DNA from: Coprobacillaceae bacterium
GTDB taxonomy: Bacteria; Bacillota_I; Bacilli_A; Erysipelotrichales; Coprobacillaceae
Reading direction: 5' to 3'
Length of the DNA stretch: 32,000 nt
Assembly (NCBI GenBank): GCA_963675915.1
Contig: OY780959.1
Span: 120,001 to 152,000, forward strand
Shown piece after piece: positions 8,382 to 20,525 of the stretch (the first letter of the stretch is position 1; each line of letters begins with the position of its first letter). The translations under genes and the position numbers were made by a program. The notes beneath the pieces are model-generated. The model was not told where the DNA came from, did not search any database, and saw only the letters and a list, made by a program, of their open reading frames with translations.

Positions 8382-10271
8382 CTATTTGGGCACTGATTTT
8401 TCGACTTCATCGAATTTTGCTAATAAGGTATTGAAATCCTTTTTATTGATGATTTCACGGACTTTGTCGTGGTCAAGCACCAATTTTGAAATCACATCGA
8501 AAAAACGGAGTAGGTAACGGTTCAATATTTGATCGTTCAAAATGGTTATAATCAATGAAACCCTATGGTCCCCCCATTTGATCGGGCGGTTAAGGATGCA
8601 AACCGAGACTATTGTTTCCTTATAACTGGTATGGACCGGATTCAAAATTGCCGTCGAATTGGCGAAAAAAGAATCAGCAGCTTTTTCTCTGTTTTTGATT
8701 TCCGGCGCGAGGCGGGGCTGGATTTTCTTTTGGTCCACAAATTGGTCAATTATAAAGTCGATTACATCATCCTTGCTTTTTAAATTGAGATTCGGATAGA
8801 AGAATTGAAGACTAAAGGCCGGTTTATAAAATTTTCTAAAAGGGGTCCGGAGAATTTTTTTGATCTCATCAATTTGGTAGTCGGTTAAATCCAGTGAAAT
8901 TTCCATGGCCGGCTTTTTAGCAATTTCGAGGGGCGACGTTGTGAAGATATAGTCGATATTGGAAAGTTTGGCTGGAAGATTATGGGAATCAGTAACTTCG
9001 ATGTTCTTAATATGGCGGGTAAAGGTCTGTTCAAATTGGAATTTTAGAAGTTGTTGGGACCCAATTCCGTAATCACAGACAAGCATGATGTTTTTTTCGT
9101 TGGAAAATGTCGTCCTTTTTTTGATTGCTGTATCCAGGAAGATGGCAATATAGCCAATTTCGTCCTGGGTGATTTCCTTTTTATAGAATGAGCTGAGATA
9201 CTGACAGGCAATTTTTGCGAGCATGAACGCAAACGTATGATTCTGTTTGATTTCCAGTAGTATCGGATTATGTAACTGGATGTCGTTTTCAATCCTGATT
9301 CGCATTGGACCGAGATGTCCTGCCAAATGGTTGCGAAGTTCGATGTCATAATCGTGATTGTCGAAAAGATTGACTTGGTAATAGCGACTTATTTCCTTAA
9401 GCAGTCTGACGATGATATTTTGGCTTTCAAAGTCGATATCTTTGAAAAGGTGAGGCGATTCAAGCGGAAAACTTAGCCGACTTTTAATGAAAATCAAAGC
9501 AAAATTCAACTCGTTGCTGCAAAGTTCCTTAGTTTCTGGCAAAAGCAGACTGAATATTTCGCGGATAAAGCCCATTTCCTGGCTGGCCGGCGAATATGTC
9601 GTTTCTGTTATCATGTTACCGTGATTGATTCTTGTGGATGCGACGATAAAAAATGAGGTGATTTCATCAAGAGCGTAGCCCAGGCACCGATAATTGTGTC
9701 GGTTCAGTAACTCATTGATTTGGCTGAGCAGAACCAAAAACTGTTCTAAGTTGTCATGGTGGATCAGTTCTCTTTCTAAAAGACATTTTCTGATATTGAT
9801 TTCGCTTCCCCTTAATCTAAGCCCGTAATTCGGGGTTTGGGAAATATCGAGATTAAACCGGGAAAAATAGCGCCGGACTTTTTTCAAATCTCCCGTGAGC
9901 GAATTTCGGCTTACGAAAAGTTGCTCGGCCAGGTCATCAAGAAGAATATAATCGTTGCTTGAGATTAACAATCCAATCAGATATTCAACCCTTTCACCAG
10001 GTTCGACCGGTTTCATTGAATCCAACATCTTCTTTTTTTCCCGGTTGTAGAAATCATGATAGCGCTGATAATCATGAATGTCGATTTTGATGCCGTAGTG
10101 GGGGCGGATAATCAGGGTGGCGCCATTTTCACTTAGGATCGGTTTAAGCTGTTTGAGGACCGTTCTTACGGTCCGGTCGGATATTCCAAGCGCCAAAGCC
10201 AGAGCCGCCGAGGTAATATATTCGGTTGTCGAAAGGTTTTTTAGTATTTCAATATGTTTGTTCTTTTTCAT
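8382..10271 (-). CDS. PRD-domain transcriptional regulator of the LicR/MtlR type (HTH, PRD, EIIB-like and EIIA-like domains)
   Basis: N-terminal HTH (ALALGISDRTVRTVLKQL), a PRD-like segment (LRNHLAGHLGPMRIRIE...EIGYIAIFLD), an EIIB-like Cys (MLVCDYGIGSQ) and a C-terminal EIIA-like region. Start placed at ATG 10271, with GGAG 6 nt upstream, rather than 10334. Confidence 0.8.
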   Translation of the reverse strand: MKKNKHIEILKNLSTTEYITSAALALALGISDRTVRTVLKQLKPILSENGATLIIRPHYGIKIDIHDYQRYHDFYNREKKKMLDSMKPVEPGERVEYLIGLLISSNDYILLDDLAEQLFVSRNSLTGDLKKVRRYFSRFNLDISQTPNYGLRLRGSEINIRKCLLERELIHHDNLEQFLVLLSQINELLNRHNYRCLGYALDEITSFFIVASTRINHGNMITETTYSPASQEMGFIREIFSLLLPETKELCSNELNFALIFIKSRLSFPLESPHLFKDIDFESQNIIVRLLKEISRYYQVNLFDNHDYDIELRNHLAGHLGPMRIRIENDIQLHNPILLEIKQNHTFAFMLAKIACQYLSSFYKKEITQDEIGYIAIFLDTAIKKRTTFSNEKNIMLVCDYGIGSQQLLKFQFEQTFTRHIKNIEVTDSHNLPAKLSNIDYIFTTSPLEIAKKPAMEISLDLTDYQIDEIKKILRTPFRKFYKPAFSLQFFYPNLNLKSKDDVIDFIIDQFVDQKKIQPRLAPEIKNREKAADSFFANSTAILNPVHTSYKETIVSVCILNRPIKWGDHRVSLIITILNDQILNRYLLRFFDVISKLVLDHDKVREIINKKDFNTLLAKFDEVEKSVPK

Positions 10272-10440
10272 ATTCATCTCCGCTTTGATTATATCATTTA
10301 TCACTTCCAGAATGAATAACAACTTTTTCCACAATGTATCCGGAAAAAAATATGGTGGTAGAATTTTGCAATAATGATATATTTAACTCAGGCAAAGCCT
10401 AACTTCGTTGGCCATGAAGCAAATTAGAAGGAGAGAACAA

Positions 10441-13166
<2,726 letters not shown>

Positions 13167-13273
13167 TTAAACTATTCATATTATGATCCAACAGTAACTA
13201 ATAGTGAGGCGTCAACAATAGCCAATTTGTCTTAAGCGCACACCAACTCGATTGACGTACCTATTTTAATATT

Positions 13274-13300
13274 AAGAGCCTGATTTCAGGCTCTTTTTTC
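13274..13300 (+). terminator. intrinsic terminator
   Basis: AAGAGCCTG-attt-CAGGCTCTT followed by a T run. Confidence 0.85.
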
Positions 13301-13435
13301 TTGCATGAAAAATTATCTTCTTGGTTAACTTGGAACATTCTGGCAAGCGCTATCATTTTTTTGCCGCTGACATTTAATTGCTCTGGAAAATGTGATATAC
13401 TTTTGCTTAACAGGGTTAAAAAAGGGGGAAAGAAG

Positions 13436-14248
13436 ATGAAAATTGATCAGAACATGCTTGGCAAATTCTTGAACTTCGTCCAAAAAAGCAATATTGAAAC
13501 CACCGGTGGCAGTGACTATAGCATTGTCAACAATACCATCAGATCTTTTGGACAGGAACGTTTTCCCACCATTGACGAGTTGGCTGAACAATCAACCATC
13601 GCCAAATCCAGTGTTACCAGGTTTGTCAAAAAGCATGGTTTCAATGATTACCGGGAGTTTCGGACGGTGATGGAATCAGGAAGGAAAATCCTCTATCAGA
13701 ATCTGGAATTTTTGTTCTTGAATAATTCCGATTCTAAAGATGTTCATGAAATCAATGATGTTATTTATAATTCGGTTCTCGACAATCTTAATGCCACCAG
13801 AAATAATCTGAATATGGGCATGATCATGAAAATTGTCCAGCTGTTGAAAAACGCCAAAGATGTCACTTTTGTCGGGGCTAATCACGATGTCGAAGAATTC
13901 CTGATGTTGCAGATTTCCCTGATGACAGCTGGCATTCCTGCATATTCTTTTCGGTCAGATCAAGCAAGTTCGCTCCACTGTAACTTTATCGGCGAGGACT
14001 CGGTGGTTCTTTTTATCAATATTGCCGATCACTTTTTCAATTCCCACGAAATTTTGCAGCAATGTCAAAATAAAAATGCCAAAACCGTCTTTTTGACTCA
14101 AGACGATAATCCAAAAAGGGAAGATATATTCGATATTTATTATCGCTACGGGGTACCCGATTCACTTCATAATGGGTATGCCTCGCTGACTTATCTTTCT
14201 AGGCTGCTGATGGATTATTTCCTTCTAGCCAATATTACTAATAAATAG
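13436..14248 (+). CDS. MurR/RpiR-family transcriptional regulator (HTH_6 plus SIS domain)
   Basis: IDELAEQSTIAKSSVTRFVKKHGFNDYREFR is an RpiR-type HTH; the C-terminal region is SIS-like. ATG 13436 follows AAGGGGGAAAG. The track's start at 13301 would overlap the terminator. Confidence 0.8.
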   Translation: MKIDQNMLGKFLNFVQKSNIETTGGSDYSIVNNTIRSFGQERFPTIDELAEQSTIAKSSVTRFVKKHGFNDYREFRTVMESGRKILYQNLEFLFLNNSDSKDVHEINDVIYNSVLDNLNATRNNLNMGMIMKIVQLLKNAKDVTFVGANHDVEEFLMLQISLMTAGIPAYSFRSDQASSLHCNFIGEDSVVLFINIADHFFNSHEILQQCQNKNAKTVFLTQDDNPKREDIFDIYYRYGVPDSLHNGYASLTYLSRLLMDYFLLANITNK

Positions 14249-14256
14249 AAGCACGG

Positions 14257-14287
14257 CCGCCAGTCTGTTAAGACTTGCGGTTTTTTA
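14257..14287 (+). terminator. intrinsic terminator
   Basis: CCGCCAGTCT-gtta-AGACTTGCGG (one mismatch) followed by T6. Confidence 0.75.
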
Positions 14288-14478
14288 TTATCAAAGTACC
14301 AAAAAATGGTACTTAGTATTTTATGTTTGAATCAAGTTTCTTTTGAAAGGGTTTTCAGTCGGTCCGGTAATCTCTAAAATATAGCTAGGGAAGGGAGGAA
14401 TGAATTTCTTTTGATAATAAATATTGGTTTTAAATGTATTGGATATACGAATGCACATGATTTTTAAGGGAGGATAAA

Positions 14479-15765
14479 ATGAAAAACATGAAAATTAAAA
14501 GTATTTTAGCAGGAGCGGTTATCGTAGTCGGAGCAATTGCTTTGGTTGGATGTAGCAGTGGTTCCCAGGATTCGGTCGAACCGGGAGTTCAAGTGAAAGC
14601 CGATAGTGATTCACCTACCGGTTACACTGCTGTTTTCACTTATGAAAACGCCGACGCGGATTCGGTTGGACTGACTGGAAACTTCAGCTTCTATCCATCA
14701 GATCAGCCGGTCGGATTCACCACTTTCCCATTGGCGGATGGGTACGTAGTTGAAGATGTCGTTCTGGCGACTGATTTAACAAGGGAACTGGCTCAAAGTG
14801 ATATCACCAAGACTACATATCAAATCGGAACTTTCCAAAGTGCCTCTCTACCAATGAGTGAAATTGAGGATACCGATTACTGGACTATCGAAGTGCCATT
14901 GCTGCCAGGAGCTTATTTCTACAAATATGATTATATGATCGGGGAAGATATGACCAGTGTCATGGATCCAACCAATTTGCCGCTGGAAAATGACGGTTCA
15001 GATTGTCAAAACAGTATTGTCTATGTGGGCGACAAAGATAATGCCACTAAGGATCTTGAATACCTTTATGCCCGGGATGATGATCAGACCGGAACGGTTG
15101 AATTTGTCGAATATTCTGCTGTTGATGGAACTACCCAACCACTAGGTATTTATTTGCCATATCAGTATGACAGTTCGAAGGAATACAAAACAATTTACGC
15201 ATCACATGGTACCGGAGGGAACGAAACCGAGTGGTTTACAATCGGTAGTGCTGCCAATATCATGGATAACCTGATTGGAGAGGGATTGACTGATGAAGCG
15301 ATTGTAGTTGCGATGGATAATACATATTTCAATATTCCCGGGGCAGAATGGGATCGCGAAGCTATTTCGGATAATATCGTAAACTATGTTCTTCCTTATG
15401 TTGAAGCAAATTACAGTGTTTCTGCCAATCCGGATGACCGCTCAATTTGCGGGTTGTCTCAAGGTGGGGCTGAAATGGTTAATATCATGGAAAAATATTC
15501 AGCAGAATTCGCCAATTTCGGGATTTTCTCTTCTGGGGATTTTGACTACAGTTATCTTGATACTGCCGATTTGGCTGAACCAAACCTTTATATTGGAGCG
15601 GGAAGCTATGATTTCTGTCAGCTTACCAGCCAGGAATTAACCAAGAAACTTGACGAACTGGGAATGGATTACACTTGGGTACTGAAAGACGGGGCTCATG
15701 ACTGGGGTACTTGGAGTGCACTTTACTCGGAATTCATCAAAGATTTTGTCGGAGTTGCAGATTAG
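14479..15765 (+). CDS. lipoprotein esterase (alpha/beta hydrolase, putative-esterase family) with an N-terminal E-set/CBM48-like domain
   Basis: Signal peptide with lipobox LVGC. The serine motif GLSQGG sits in an esterase-like context (YASHGTGGNETEW...ICGLSQGG). RBS AAGGGAGG. Confidence 0.7.
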   Translation: MKNMKIKSILAGAVIVVGAIALVGCSSGSQDSVEPGVQVKADSDSPTGYTAVFTYENADADSVGLTGNFSFYPSDQPVGFTTFPLADGYVVEDVVLATDLTRELAQSDITKTTYQIGTFQSASLPMSEIEDTDYWTIEVPLLPGAYFYKYDYMIGEDMTSVMDPTNLPLENDGSDCQNSIVYVGDKDNATKDLEYLYARDDDQTGTVEFVEYSAVDGTTQPLGIYLPYQYDSSKEYKTIYASHGTGGNETEWFTIGSAANIMDNLIGEGLTDEAIVVAMDNTYFNIPGAEWDREAISDNIVNYVLPYVEANYSVSANPDDRSICGLSQGGAEMVNIMEKYSAEFANFGIFSSGDFDYSYLDTADLAEPNLYIGAGSYDFCQLTSQELTKKLDELGMDYTWVLKDGAHDWGTWSALYSEFIKDFVGVAD

Positions 15766-15788
15766 ATGTCTACAGCGTAATATTCACT

Positions 15789-15817
15789 AAAAGAGCCTTG
15801 CTGTGCAAGGTTCTTTT
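15789..15817 (+). terminator. intrinsic terminator of the esterase gene; it immediately abuts the intron 5' end
   Basis: AAAAGAGCCTTGC-tgt-GCAAGGTTCTTTT: a 10-13 bp stem with one G.T pair. The T run ends at 15817. Confidence 0.85.
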
Positions 15818-16461
15818 GTGCGACAGGCAGTCGCTTAGATGTCGTGTATACAGGTACATGGCATTTTCCTTTTATAAATGAGTTCCTGTAATAGTTAGCT
15901 ATCAATACAGTAAATATCATGGAATAGGGAAACCCCGTAGGTACAAATCCTACCCCGTGCGCACTGGTGCTATTCGGGAAATCTAGTCTAGGGCATAATC
16001 GTGAGATTGTGTTTGAAGGAGACGCAGTAGTCGAGAGACCTGTAGATGAGTTGGCAGGCCGAAACGAAAAGTGAATCACATGTTGCGGCAGTGGAGAATG
16101 TGACGACGTTGCGAAAGGTGCGGAAGTCTATTCACGACATATTCTAAGAACCAGTCGAATATGCCGGCACTCCATTGTGAAGGTGATTGGCATGTCAACA
16201 AGGGCGTAGTTGATGACCCTGTGAGACCTCTTCATCCACCGAAAGGATAGCCATCTATAAGAGTCATTCGAAGTGATGGTTATATGAAGAGGAGTCAGAC
16301 AATCTCATAGTAGTGAAGTAGTCATGCGACCAAACGTTTGGCGAAGCAAAGGGGATTGACCTTTTACAATTCTTACTTTGTTTAATCGTAATGGTAAGAA
16401 TGACGGTACTTAGGTACAAACGAATTCAAAGAACGATAAATAGAAAGAGAGGTTTGAAATT

Positions 16462-17886
16462 ATGAATGAACCGTTGAAATTGAAGTGGCATTCTCTGTAT
16501 GGACAAATACTCCAGGACAGGAAAATACTAGAAGCATGGAAGCAGGTAAAAGCAAATCATGGAAGTGGAGGGATTGATGGGGTAACCATTGAACGCTTCA
16601 TGGAAAATGAACAAGACAATTTGGACAAGCTACTGGAAGAACTGAGATTAAAGGAATATAGACCAATCCCTGTAAGGCGAGTATATATCCCTAAGAAAAA
16701 CGGAAAGAGAAGACCATTGGGAATACCAATAGTCAAAGATCGGATAGTTCAGCAGGTGCTAACCAATATCCTAACCCCAAAATATGAGGCCGGTATATTC
16801 CATCACTGGTCAGTTGGCTACCGCCCGAATCGTGGTGTCGACAGTGCCATGCAGATTATCATCAAGAACATCGAGGAAGGAAGAAACTGGATATACGATT
16901 GTGATATCAAAGGGTTCTTCGATAACATTCCCCATAAAAAGTTGATGAAGGTATTGAATAAATGCATCGCTGATGGGACTGTTCTTGATTTGATTTGGTC
17001 ATGGCTCAAAGCGGGATACATGGAAGACGGTAAACATATGCAAAGCAAAAGTGGAACACCGCAAGGTGGCGTTATTTCACCTCTACTTGCAAACATCTAC
17101 CTGAACGAACTGGATTGGAAGTTGCACGAGGCAAAGATTCACTTCGTGCGTTATGCCGATGATTTTCTCTTGTTTGCGAAAACAGAAGAAGAAATTGAGC
17201 GGGCAGGAAAGATAGCCAGAGAAGTGATTCAATCATTAGGATTGGAAATGGCTATGGACAAAACCAAAGTGGTGGACTTTAAAAATGATGATTTTACATT
17301 TCTTGGATTTGACTTCAAACACTGGAGGAAAAACAAGAAAGGTGAAGACTACTATTTCATAGTTCCCACCGCCAAGTCGCTCAAAGACTTCAAAAAGAAA
17401 ATCAAGGATAAGACGCAAAGAAAGTGGACATTTTCTCAGGATAAATGGGTAAGCATGCTTAACCCGATTATAGTCGGAAAAGTCAATTATTACCTGAATG
17501 TCTACAAAGCACTGGAAATATTCAAGAAGCACAATTACAAAACCCATTGCGACATAAATCTAATGGGAAGGGAACTAAATACAATTGACAAGTATATTCG
17601 CCAAAGGCTGAGAATGTGCATGATGCATAAACATCCGACAATCAGGAAAGCGTTTGGAATGACGGTTAAATGGAATATAGCATTCTTTGCGATGATTGGT
17701 TTGAAACCGGCATACTGGCACTATTTCAATACCATGTATGGATATCCAATTGAAATATATGTTCAAAGACAACAGGGTATCAACAAAGAAGTAACGAAAA
17801 ACAGAGTGGAACAGTGCAGGAAAGCCGGAATCAAGTATTACACGAAAGAAAGAAACAAGAAAATAGCCTACTCTTTTAGCAAGTAG
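16462..17886 (+). CDS. group II intron reverse transcriptase/maturase (no recognisable HNH endonuclease domain)
   Basis: RT blocks are present: RRVYIPKKNGKRRPLGIP, DIKGFFDNIPH, GTPQGGVISPLLANIYL and VRYADDFLLF. A maturase (X) region follows. The C-terminus lacks Cys/His clusters. Confidence 0.92.
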   Translation: MNEPLKLKWHSLYGQILQDRKILEAWKQVKANHGSGGIDGVTIERFMENEQDNLDKLLEELRLKEYRPIPVRRVYIPKKNGKRRPLGIPIVKDRIVQQVLTNILTPKYEAGIFHHWSVGYRPNRGVDSAMQIIIKNIEEGRNWIYDCDIKGFFDNIPHKKLMKVLNKCIADGTVLDLIWSWLKAGYMEDGKHMQSKSGTPQGGVISPLLANIYLNELDWKLHEAKIHFVRYADDFLLFAKTEEEIERAGKIAREVIQSLGLEMAMDKTKVVDFKNDDFTFLGFDFKHWRKNKKGEDYYFIVPTAKSLKDFKKKIKDKTQRKWTFSQDKWVSMLNPIIVGKVNYYLNVYKALEIFKKHNYKTHCDINLMGRELNTIDKYIRQRLRMCMMHKHPTIRKAFGMTVKWNIAFFAMIGLKPAYWHYFNTMYGYPIEIYVQRQQGINKEVTKNRVEQCRKAGIKYYTKERNKKIAYSFSK

Positions 17887-17924
17887 ACTATAATCATTCA
17901 TAAAATCAGATTTAGTAAATTGGT

Positions 17925-17957
17925 AAGCCGTATGCGTTAATAGCGCATGTGCGGTTT
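17925..17957 (+). ncRNA. group II intron domain V
   Basis: AAGCCGTATGCG-ttaatag-CGCATGTGCGGTTT: the AGC triad and the two-part helix with a 3'-strand bulge match the conserved DV pattern. Confidence 0.8.
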
Positions 17958-17970
17958 GATAAGGGGCTAG

Positions 17971-17975
17971 CTTAG
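17971..17975. repeat. target-site duplication CTTAG (left copy)
   Basis: Identical pentamer directly abutting both transposon termini. Confidence 0.75.
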
Positions 17976-17999
17976 TGTAGCTAGTCAATTTATTTGATG
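17976..17999 (+). repeat. terminal inverted repeat, end distal to the transposase promoter side
   Basis: TGTAGCTAGTCAATTTATTTGATG compared with the reverse complement of 21265-21288, TGTAGCTAGCCATTTTATTTGATG: 22 of 24 nt identical. Confidence 0.8.
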
Positions 18000-18004
18000 G
18001 ATGA

Positions 18005-18058
18005 TTCTTCAAATTATATGGGCCTTCTTTTGGTCCTTTTTTGATGTTCTTCAAATTA
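18005..18058 (+). repeat. subterminal direct repeats TTCTTCAAATTA (18005-16 and 18047-58), each preceded by TTTGATG
   Basis: Exact 12-mers 42 bp apart. The same composite motif, TTTGATG-5nt-TTCTTCAAATT, occurs in inverted orientation at 21193-21215 near the other end. Confidence 0.7.
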
Positions 18059-18121
18059 ATTGAATGGGATATTCAGTTTATTTGAAATGATGTTTTAGAG
18101 GAGAAAGAAAATAATCGCCTG

Positions 18122-18430
18122 TTAGACGATTATCCCTGACTCGTTTAATTTGTAGATGGCTTGTGATATGGCTTCGCTGCTGATTGGATCTATCTCGCGC
18201 AATAGAGCTGACTTGTTCCAAAATTTGTCTTTGAAATATGATAGTTCCAGTCCCAGCTTCATCAACGGGATGCAAATCCAGTTTCCTTTGGCTGATTTAC
18301 CTACTATCACTTCGATTTCATTGCCGTCATATCTTAGCTGGAATTCACACTTATCTGGGTTTTGCGAGACTATTACTATCTCGTTGGCCCATGTTTTTTC
18401 ATCATAGTTGCAGAAGTATTCGATTATCAA
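18122..18430 (-). CDS. hypothetical 102-aa protein, last gene of the transposon
   Basis: The TTG start overlaps the ATPase TGA stop (ATTTGA), with AGAGG 7 nt upstream. No motif recognised. Confidence 0.55.
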   Translation of the reverse strand: MIIEYFCNYDEKTWANEIVIVSQNPDKCEFQLRYDGNEIEVIVGKSAKGNWICIPLMKLGLELSYFKDKFWNKSALLREIDPISSEAISQAIYKLNESGIIV

Positions 18431-19230
18431 ATTACTACCTCTTCGATTGTTTCTAGGATTAAATCGGAATCAATTACTTCGATTTTTCTGATTGCTCCGA
18501 TAAACATTGCCCGGTCGCATATCCGATCAATAACCCGACAGGTGCCGTTGGATGCATTGATGATTGCTTCAATGGCATTGTCGTTGAACACTTCTTGAAT
18601 TGTTTTTCCGCCTTGGAGCTTGTCTTTGATATAAGCAAGACTTTCAGTTTTGTTTAACGGCTCCAGTTTGTAATTGATAATCATTCGCTGACGCAGTGGT
18701 TCATGAGCGGTCAATTTAAGGTTCCTGGTTATTGTCGGCAATCCGACCATCAAGACTACCGCATGATCCTTGGAATCCATATCAAAATTGAAGATCATCT
18801 TCAAATCATTAAGAATGGCGTTATTCATGTAATTACATTCATCAAAGATAAACACCGGGGTAATCCTTTTTTCGTAAATCAACTGGTTTATGGCTGATTG
18901 GATCTCCCTGAACAGATCATTCTTTCGATACCGAGGAGTCAAATCCAGCGACTCAGCCAGTTGCATATAGAATTCCTTGACTGTAAGGGTCGACATTGAC
19001 AAATAAATTATCTTGTAAGCTGATTTGGGGAGTGTTTTGATATAGTTCCTGATCATGGTTGTTTTGCCATGTCCAGGTTCACCGACTATTAGTCCGAAAC
19101 CTTTGATTTCAAAAAGGCTGTTAAGGCGTACTTTCAATTCCTGGTATTCACTTGTTTCAATAAATAAATTCTTTGAGTTCTTGATAAACGGATTGAATTC
19201 CAATCCGTATCTGGTCCAATATTTTTCCAT
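18427..19230 (-). CDS. AAA+ ATPase, ExeA/TniB-like transposition helper
   Basis: Walker A GEPGHGKTT and Walker B VFIFDECNY. Overall ExeA-like layout (YGLEFNPF... at the N-terminus; GTCRVIDRICDRA near the C-terminus). ATG 19230 is preferred because GGAGGAG lies 7 nt upstream. It overlaps the transposase stop as TAATG. Confidence 0.85.
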   Translation of the reverse strand: MEKYWTRYGLEFNPFIKNSKNLFIETSEYQELKVRLNSLFEIKGFGLIVGEPGHGKTTMIRNYIKTLPKSAYKIIYLSMSTLTVKEFYMQLAESLDLTPRYRKNDLFREIQSAINQLIYEKRITPVFIFDECNYMNNAILNDLKMIFNFDMDSKDHAVVLMVGLPTITRNLKLTAHEPLRQRMIINYKLEPLNKTESLAYIKDKLQGGKTIQEVFNDNAIEAIINASNGTCRVIDRICDRAMFIGAIRKIEVIDSDLILETIEEVVI

Positions 19231-20477
19231 TAATCTTCTCCTCCGCATAATTTTGGCTGCACTCGTTTTACTTTTGAATTAGCGTTTTTATCAAGTAGGT
19301 GAATCCGTTCCAGTTCGCCGGTATTCTTGTTAACTATATAGACGTTTTCCAAGTCCGGAGTATATCGGAACATATGCCTTTCACCAGAATAGATATAATC
19401 AATCTCGTATTCCCGATTATCTATTTTGATTACCGAATCAGTACTGACAGACCGCTCTACTTCGAACAGGAAAGTATTGTCGATAAAGTCATCATCAAGC
19501 CTTTTGATCAGATTGCTTTCCTGAAAAAAACGTTGATGAGGTGTCAATCCATTCAAAGACGAATGCACCTTGTTGTTGTAATCATTGATGAACTGGCTTA
19601 AATCCTGCTTCAAACCTTCTAGATTGTTTGTGTAATCTTTTATGTTTATTTGGGCGAAGAACTGATCTTTAATCGTCCGAAACACCCGCTCAATTTTTGA
19701 TTTTCCTTCCGGCGAGTACGGTTTGCAGTAGCTGATGGTTGAATTAATCCTTGCTGCAATCATCTTGATCTGGTGATTTCGATAATTGGAGCCGTTGTCA
19801 AACCTGAACATCTCAGGAATTCCGTATTTGGTGACCGCACTTTTCATAGTATCCATCAAATTGACTGTGTTGTCATTCAAATACAAATCAAGATGGACGA
19901 TCATCCTTGAAGCATCATCAATCAGGGCAATCATATAAGTTCGGTTTTTCTTGCCATTAATGGTTATGTAAGGACCGACCGAACTGTCACCAGCCCAGTT
20001 CATATTGATATGGGGCACTTCGTAGCGGCGCATGTCTTTCTTGTTTGATAGACGCAATTCCGACTTTATCTGATTGACACATCGATTAACGGTTGATAGC
20101 GAAACATCAGTTTTCTTGATGATTCCCTTTTCAATCAACTTGCCGTAAATTACAGTTGCCGGCAATCTAGGATAGGTTGTCTTATAATATTTGATTGTTT
20201 CAACGATGTCATCATCCAGTCTTCTTGACTTGCCACAATCACTTCGCTTTTGAGGAATCAATCCATCGAAGCCTTTCTCTTCGTAAGCAGCAATCCACCT
20301 GGAGATGGTACTGCTTGAGACAGTGAAATCACGGTTGTCGAAACTCTTATAGACTTTCTTGGTAGCTTCCGTAATCGCCTGATTCTTAGACCATGCAGCA
20401 TCGTAATTTCCGGTAATGATGTCATGAATGATCCGATGGCGCATCAACGCTACGTATTCTTGTTCTTTTTTATCCAT
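19230..20477 (-). CDS. DDE (rve-type) transposase with N-terminal HTH and Mu-transposase-like C-terminal domain
   Basis: D..D..E candidates are WAGDSS, RFDNGSNYRN and SPEGKSKIERVFRT. The C-terminus VIKIDNREYEIDY...FRYTPDLENVYIV resembles the Mu/TnsB/TniA C-terminal beta-barrel. GGAGG lies 7 nt upstream. Confidence 0.88.
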   Translation of the reverse strand: MDKKEQEYVALMRHRIIHDIITGNYDAAWSKNQAITEATKKVYKSFDNRDFTVSSSTISRWIAAYEEKGFDGLIPQKRSDCGKSRRLDDDIVETIKYYKTTYPRLPATVIYGKLIEKGIIKKTDVSLSTVNRCVNQIKSELRLSNKKDMRRYEVPHINMNWAGDSSVGPYITINGKKNRTYMIALIDDASRMIVHLDLYLNDNTVNLMDTMKSAVTKYGIPEMFRFDNGSNYRNHQIKMIAARINSTISYCKPYSPEGKSKIERVFRTIKDQFFAQINIKDYTNNLEGLKQDLSQFINDYNNKVHSSLNGLTPHQRFFQESNLIKRLDDDFIDNTFLFEVERSVSTDSVIKIDNREYEIDYIYSGERHMFRYTPDLENVYIVNKNTGELERIHLLDKNANSKVKRVQPKLCGGED

Positions 20478-20525
20478 ATAATACCTCCGTCACCCACTAT
20501 ATACTAATAGAATCGATTATTTAAC

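Noticed and set aside
13301-13435. N-terminal extension of the RpiR regulator. Similar track extensions exist at 839, 2578, 3535, 10408, 10334, 19248, 27472 and 27989.
   Set aside because: The upstream starts are TTG or lack an RBS, or overlap terminators or upstream genes. Internal ATG/GTG codons with well-spaced GGAGG-like sites fit better.
14294-14314. 8-bp inverted repeat AAGTACCA-aaaaa-TGGTACTT upstream of the esterase gene.
   Set aside because: Short and directly after a terminator. It could be an operator, but there is no supporting evidence. Not reported as a feature.
15762-16079. 105-aa minus-strand ORF from the track.
   Set aside because: It lies entirely within intron domain I, antisense, with no RBS. 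It is best explained as a chance ORF in structured RNA sequence.
17961-17993. Alternative domain VI and 3' end of the intron at about 17993, using GGCTAGC/GCTAGTC pairing and ...TTTAT.
   Set aside because: The 3' strand of that helix is the transposon's terminal inverted repeat. The flanking CTTAG duplication, and the better helix with a correctly placed bulged A obtained after removing the element, favour 21314 as the true 3' end.
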